Below are positions 61,501 to 64,000 of a stretch of 64,000 nt of DNA, one piece after another (within the stretch, counting starts at the first letter, position 1; each line of letters begins with the position of its first letter). Below the pieces are notes generated by a model that ran no database searches, was not told where the DNA came from, and saw only the letters and a list, made by a program, of their open reading frames with translations. This stretch comes from a virus. Both the position numbers and the translations under genes were made by a program. The stretch spans positions 1 through 64,000 of IMG/VR virus record IMGVR_UViG_3300043436_001870; one strand, 5' to 3'.

Positions 61501-64000
61501 GTGCTAACCTTAGACCCTGACTGCATCAATGCATAGTCAATATCCTGGTCAACCATTTTGTTATGAAGGTTTTCTAATGGAGTATTCTTGATAACACTTG
61601 GAATCAACGGCATCAATGAGTATTTGTGGAATGCTGTTGCAGGTAATCCTGTACCCATAAGTGGGCCCCAATACTGCATCTTTTTAACTGGGAAGAAGTT
61701 TAGCACATCATCCATGGCTACTTCTTCACCCTTCACAATCTTGTTATATAGAAACTCCTGATTAGGTGTCCATTTATTCAATGACATCAATAATGCTCTA
61801 TAAGCATCAAAGCTGATCCAACCCTGACCATCTGCTTCAGTCATCTCAGTATACTTAGAGAATACTTTTTTAATAGATGCCTCGGCTTTAGCAACAGTTT
61901 CTGGACTTGCATTTACTTTCTTTAGACGGTCCTTCTCAATCTTGAGAGCTGCTTCTAAATACGTATCATAGTAAATTGATTTACTTACAACATCCTGCAT
62001 TACTGCAGAGTTCATAGTATTACCAAATGATGCTCTTGTCTTACCTCTTGTAGCAGCATAACTGACCTGAGCAAACTTGCTGTCAATATATGCCGTCATT
62101 GCTGGACCTGTTCTAGCAAAGTCACCGGTTGCTGCAATACCAGCATTACGTTTAAAGAAGTCATCTACATTCTTGTAGAGAGCTGGGTCACCATAGAACA
62201 TTACACTAAACTCATACTTATGGATCCAGTCATTAGCTGTATATCCATCAATAAGAGCCGTAATCATTTTTTCTCTTCGTTCAGCAGTAAGTCCGTTGAT
62301 AACATCCTTAGGTGATCTTTCTGAATCACCTGTCTCAAGCTTTTCCAAAAGACTGTTTATCACACCAGTATTACTCAGGATGCCACTTTCCTGAAGCATT
62401 TTAGCATTCTTCTGTCTTTGCTCAGTAAGATAATCTGTAATGTCTGTTTGTAATAAATTCTTGAGATCAAGATTACCATCAACAAACTTTAGAAACTGTT
62501 CTGATGTTTGCACCTCAGGACTTGTAGCTAACTGTTCCTTAAGGTTAGTAATTGTCTCGGGCTTAAGTATACCATTAAATATTACAAAGTCTTGAGCAAC
62601 TTCACCATAGGTTTTATCACCAACAGTTACTGTTGCCGATGGATCTCCATTCTTAAGTTTTTGTATACGTTCAAACTCTGAAGACAGGTACCCAATTAGT
62701 GTATCTGCAAATTCAGTTTTACCACCAGCAGTCTTAAAGTTTTTTAGATCAATGTAATGTAACTTACCATTAAGTAACTTGTACAATAATGTAGTAGCCT
62801 TGTCTGCATGTCGGGTTGCCTCAGTAGCACCGTACAGAGTAAGCATCAAGAAATCTCCTACAAGCTTTGTTGTTTCATCAGCAGAGGATGCATCAATACC
62901 ACTACGTTCCATTATGTTACGTGTGTTGGTATATTGATTCATGAACCCAGCCATGTTATTAAGCTGAATAGAAACAGGAACTTGCTGACCACTACTAGAA
63001 TCTTTATAAGTTCTTCTTACACCATTTTCATCAAAGGTTGATTTATATATGATGGTTGATTTTACAAATGGATTTCTAGAAGGACTAAGATGACTCATGC
63101 TTAAATCATTGGCATTAGGCACACCTTCCTGAGTAAGCTCTGTAATAGATTTAGCTCTATTCCATTTACCAATCTGATTAGATATAGTACTTCTTAATGA
63201 TCTTTCTTGCTGGCTTTGATTGTTTGCATTGTTTACTGTAGTATCTGCAAAATCATCAGACCATTTTAATTGGAACTTCTGTAATCCGTTGTATATACCA
63301 GAACCACCACCAAGAACTTGTCTTACAGAAACTTGTTCAATCTTTTTAGGAAGCTTATATGCTGAATCTGATTTATAGTTCTTATATATATCTGATGGTG
63401 CCTGAATTTTTATAGGATTTAATAGACCATCCTTTGATTTGTTATAGGCATAAATTGCCTGTAGGTAGTCCATGGTACGTTTACCATAGTTAGCAAGGCC
63501 TGACTTATAAGCATCAGCCTTAGCTGATTTACCATCTTCTAATACAATACCTATGCTATCAAAAAACTTATAGATATCATCTATATTGTCTTTTGTAAAT
63601 TTAGTATTTCGGAATTGTCTATAAACAGCATTAACATTTAGAATATTATTACCATAGATGTCTTTAGTAATATATTCTCCTTCATCTGCAATAGCAAAGT
63701 TATCATTCCATCTTCTTCCTACTTTTCTGAACTCACCAGTTGCCTCAACAGGACTTACAATATAGGATGTTTCTTTACGTCCAAATCCTCCTTGAACATC
63801 CTGAATAAATCTATCAGTCTGCTTAAGTTCAAGCATTCTCAGATTAATTCTAGGCATTGTCAGAATCTTTGTAAAGTCAGTCCAAAGATTCACTGATGCT
63901 TCATCTAAGTTCTGTGGAGAACCTATCTTGCTCATTAATTCCTTAATAATAGGATAGTCTTCAGCAGCAAGCTTTAACTTCTCATAAACTTCATTATCTG
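55530..64000 (-). CDS. virion RNA polymerase (crAss-like gp66 type) fused to C-terminal RecD/Dda-like SF1 helicase; 5' end outside window
   Basis: ADGQGW, RIPVQG, GGDFDIDK (60438-60461); helicase GYAGTGKS, IVDEAS, IGDPAQL, HKSQGST, YVALSRA; frame stays open from 63935 to 64000. Confidence 0.88.
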   Translation of the reverse strand, partial: DNEVYEKLKLAAEDYPIIKELMSKIGSPQNLDEASVNLWTDFTKILTMPRINLRMLELKQTDRFIQDVQGGFGRKETSYIVSPVEATGEFRKVGRRWNDNFAIADEGEYITKDIYGNNILNVNAVYRQFRNTKFTKDNIDDIYKFFDSIGIVLEDGKSAKADAYKSGLANYGKRTMDYLQAIYAYNKSKDGLLNPIKIQAPSDIYKNYKSDSAYKLPKKIEQVSVRQVLGGGSGIYNGLQKFQLKWSDDFADTTVNNANNQSQQERSLRSTISNQIGKWNRAKSITELTQEGVPNANDLSMSHLSPSRNPFVKSTIIYKSTFDENGVRRTYKDSSSGQQVPVSIQLNNMAGFMNQYTNTRNIMERSGIDASSADETTKLVGDFLMLTLYGATEATRHADKATTLLYKLLNGKLHYIDLKNFKTAGGKTEFADTLIGYLSSEFERIQKLKNGDPSATVTVGDKTYGEVAQDFVIFNGILKPETITNLKEQLATSPEVQTSEQFLKFVDGNLDLKNLLQTDITDYLTEQRQKNAKMLQESGILSNTGVINSLLEKLETGDSERSPKDVINGLTAERREKMITALIDGYTANDWIHKYEFSVMFYGDPALYKNVDDFFKRNAGIAATGDFARTGPAMTAYIDSKFAQVSYAATRGKTRASFGNTMNSAVMQDVVSKSIYYDTYLEAALKIEKDRLKKVNASPETVAKAEASIKKVFSKYTEMTEADGQGWISFDAYRALLMSLNKWTPNQEFLYNKIVKGEEVAMDDVLNFFPVKKMQYWGPLMGTGLPATAFHKYSLMPLIPSVIKNTPLENLHNKMVDQDIDYALMQSGSKVSTITKDGKADKFYNDNQRTTEGYAFDAPTYQFTKNTVFLDYFKDQLEVAEYYKKKVTFSSQLRKLIEQGLFENKVPVDYKPNIADKNERYRLWNAENDKLSTKFARYASRFEKILDSLVEIEKQKIRDQVGSTKKSLIEFIKSELSGPGKKLSEHEVDFLGVDEATDTLLRDLDLSPSADVIERALVNIAQKRILNQKLTGESLVQVSGVGFEQGRLRTATEEEIGRYGGTNGLPFYNPKLDKKGNVISVSAMKIKISLQGPFKNLLNHADVVKYSNENGVTRLDALNHLIKQEWWLNQGDNRAMVTTAAVRIPVQGLNSMEVMEVFEFLPEESGNIVILPAEIVAKSGGDFDIDKMFTFFPTIKTKREVNEEDYALISDILGFGIDAAIVNEIKELVQLGEDLDISTLTEEEKDILRAIDTYYEDKTSAVMNFGDDKAGLENQLLGVIKDILLDPFNFSSLITPNTTDTMEPLGETIAKETKGAGTQKAKGLSEIFEVGRNLYKHQSNNVGKDVLGIIAVVNTFQSIFGRSGLVLTKNRIITQTQRGSVEHPQRLKFAHNKIGDSITLSANYDAEQLNKISDIISQLINGSVDVAKKAWIFDVQGNKELINSLLFMTMAGVPVEDAVYFLSQPIIRDFVKEQRKFKSQYSRAIGYGDVGNFFRNEARDRILFADKGDNKYGFNWLVADFQEKSDKDSTSKYKNKKPSKRLVFEEIDRLVEGIGEFKKADLAGRLNKSNDFDNYDRSVFLHFLEISEMSSQITQLTQNLNFDRTKTETLLDARLRLAKIDDLANGIEPESIQNIIENSPVSAYKIQDFILDLFSDLFPLRDSKEVNRKIASLTDKDISGMPPISAYKKMTGLDADEYIERFRSDLINYVFQSNYYRFNQTQGVYRGFEVQVPIEGVTYLRAGARVKNGILYASKSDILTTFQQELYSKDSMWENEVAPVESSVFALYDAKTAEALYTKFVYEREVLRSFEKNSPENLKNSSIYKTHLNTFKNDSKPAFKAYEATLRDMALDNLNYHGHMFFGGRSYAKQVLEIGKENPSLLDKYEVLDRLEISTGGSSFVTNDGKKQEVTINNLKFTGDRPTPEELDLYTQQIEELADPNVIKVEDPIENERISKVFARFGLYALLQTGIDTTSAFSLIRAVPNDMFYGLLKSSYDKFLTDLKARPNTVLDEYTSLFNNQYRIDNKNVSNKLKNYAFNPEGIPSDIVRITDDTVSELETPLETEEETPGRIVTINGINLNLDKLDIPFTPNDQQLEALQQIADFIDNPNQDVFTLMGYAGTGKSSITKIALEYMRQRGLSINVTAPTHKAKKVIAKLAKTGAVTLQKLLGLGSSSKLTKTDLRKIKLTVQKESLYKPDVVIVDEASLVGDELFDALSDYAGEGKTKILFIGDPAQLNPVEEDKTTSKRSKAFDHPYKYELTKVERQAGSNPLGPILEDIRNNQKKDTSAIDAKTELSGNQGIVTTKTGVDFTRQAIAAFKSENFKNNRNFVRILSHSNERVEDFNQVVRNKIWFDKEVDTSKILEYVIGDIIMAYENVGYKKGGTFQINNSVDYEVLSVQAENKMTFNGLGGLELTGYTIQLQEIDGDGDIYEKFVLSRSTSQEIINLLAQKLVEYQKSLDAQVESGELRANQAFAIYSGLKDSIMTPFDVTDKKGRVVLKKSIDYGYAHTIHKSQGSTYTNVFVDTESIIEAPVSLEEKNQLKYVALSRATNIAYALNRNGQSGGQNIEWNGDFGSKKVVAGKISKSTNKKRVGDIQTLTLFELLQDTSTGVLTFNLLTSTDEKTKKVVNQFDKLTDQNAIQLSVDYPNTIFVRNEASTQSRDTAGTNVVYRAMGDNSLGIRTKSLPRVSQAKEGKIKDFNAKAAWTDATLKENKAMIDEDIAALMEKKESGVNLAFDSNGYGQYLIGYNEYFPAAADAQYADKTTIGVQTFLYLSQQLFEKFGYINPHYLTFGEGRIVVQYGAPVTDEEIAEFNNKCFK

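Noticed and set aside
49729-63041. Short plus-strand ORFs inside the giant minus-strand genes, and similar nested or antisense ORFs elsewhere (e.g. 1177, 8379, 13114, 22648, 33306)
   Set aside because: Mostly or fully overlap well-supported genes and lack recognisable motifs; treated as shadow ORFs.
1-64000. Stop-codon reassignment as seen in some crAss-like phages
   Set aside because: Giant late genes and PolB are intact in code 11; TAG and TGA act as stops (e.g. 11331, 11808); no suppressor tRNA seen.
1-64000. Reverse transcriptase system (DGR or retron) explaining the ncRNAs
   Set aside because: No RT motifs and no TR/VR repeat pair seen in this window; an RT elsewhere in the genome cannot be excluded.

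Overview
About 64 kb of a crAss-like (Crassvirales-related) lytic phage genome, most likely infecting a Bacteroidota/Flavobacteria host. Host evidence: TTG-N19/20-TAnnTTTG promoters, Bacteroidetes-type ClpS and scarce Shine-Dalgarno sites. Standard genetic code. Layout: (1) 1-10.6 kb, minus strand: late genes (terminase-adjacent genes, PD-(D/E)XK nuclease, HU/IHF-like protein, tail/virion accessory proteins, lysis cassette with CHAP endolysin, metallophosphoesterase). (2) 10.8-14.3 kb, plus strand: an early host-takeover region built from repeated promoter-gene-terminator cassettes, with six copies of an 18-bp motif plus further repeated motifs. (3) 14.3-31 kb: accessory genes and several structured non-coding RNAs, including a two-copy covarying motif and two aberrant tRNA-like elements. 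(4) 31.5-49.6 kb: replication and nucleotide metabolism (Ung, DnaB, AAA ATPase, SSB-like, primase, RuvC, vWA-metallopeptidase/MoxR module, PolB, MazG-like, Acb2/Tad1-like). (5) 49.7-64 kb, minus strand: giant virion proteins, including the virion RNA polymerase (GGDFDIDK) fused to a RecD/Dda-like SF1 helicase and truncated by the window edge. Best candidates for novelty: the covarying RNA motif, the cassette architecture of the early region, the tRNA mimics, a short helical motif shared by five proteins around the MoxR-vWA module, and the vRNAP-helicase fusion. All calls come from motif recognition by eye; no database searches were run.
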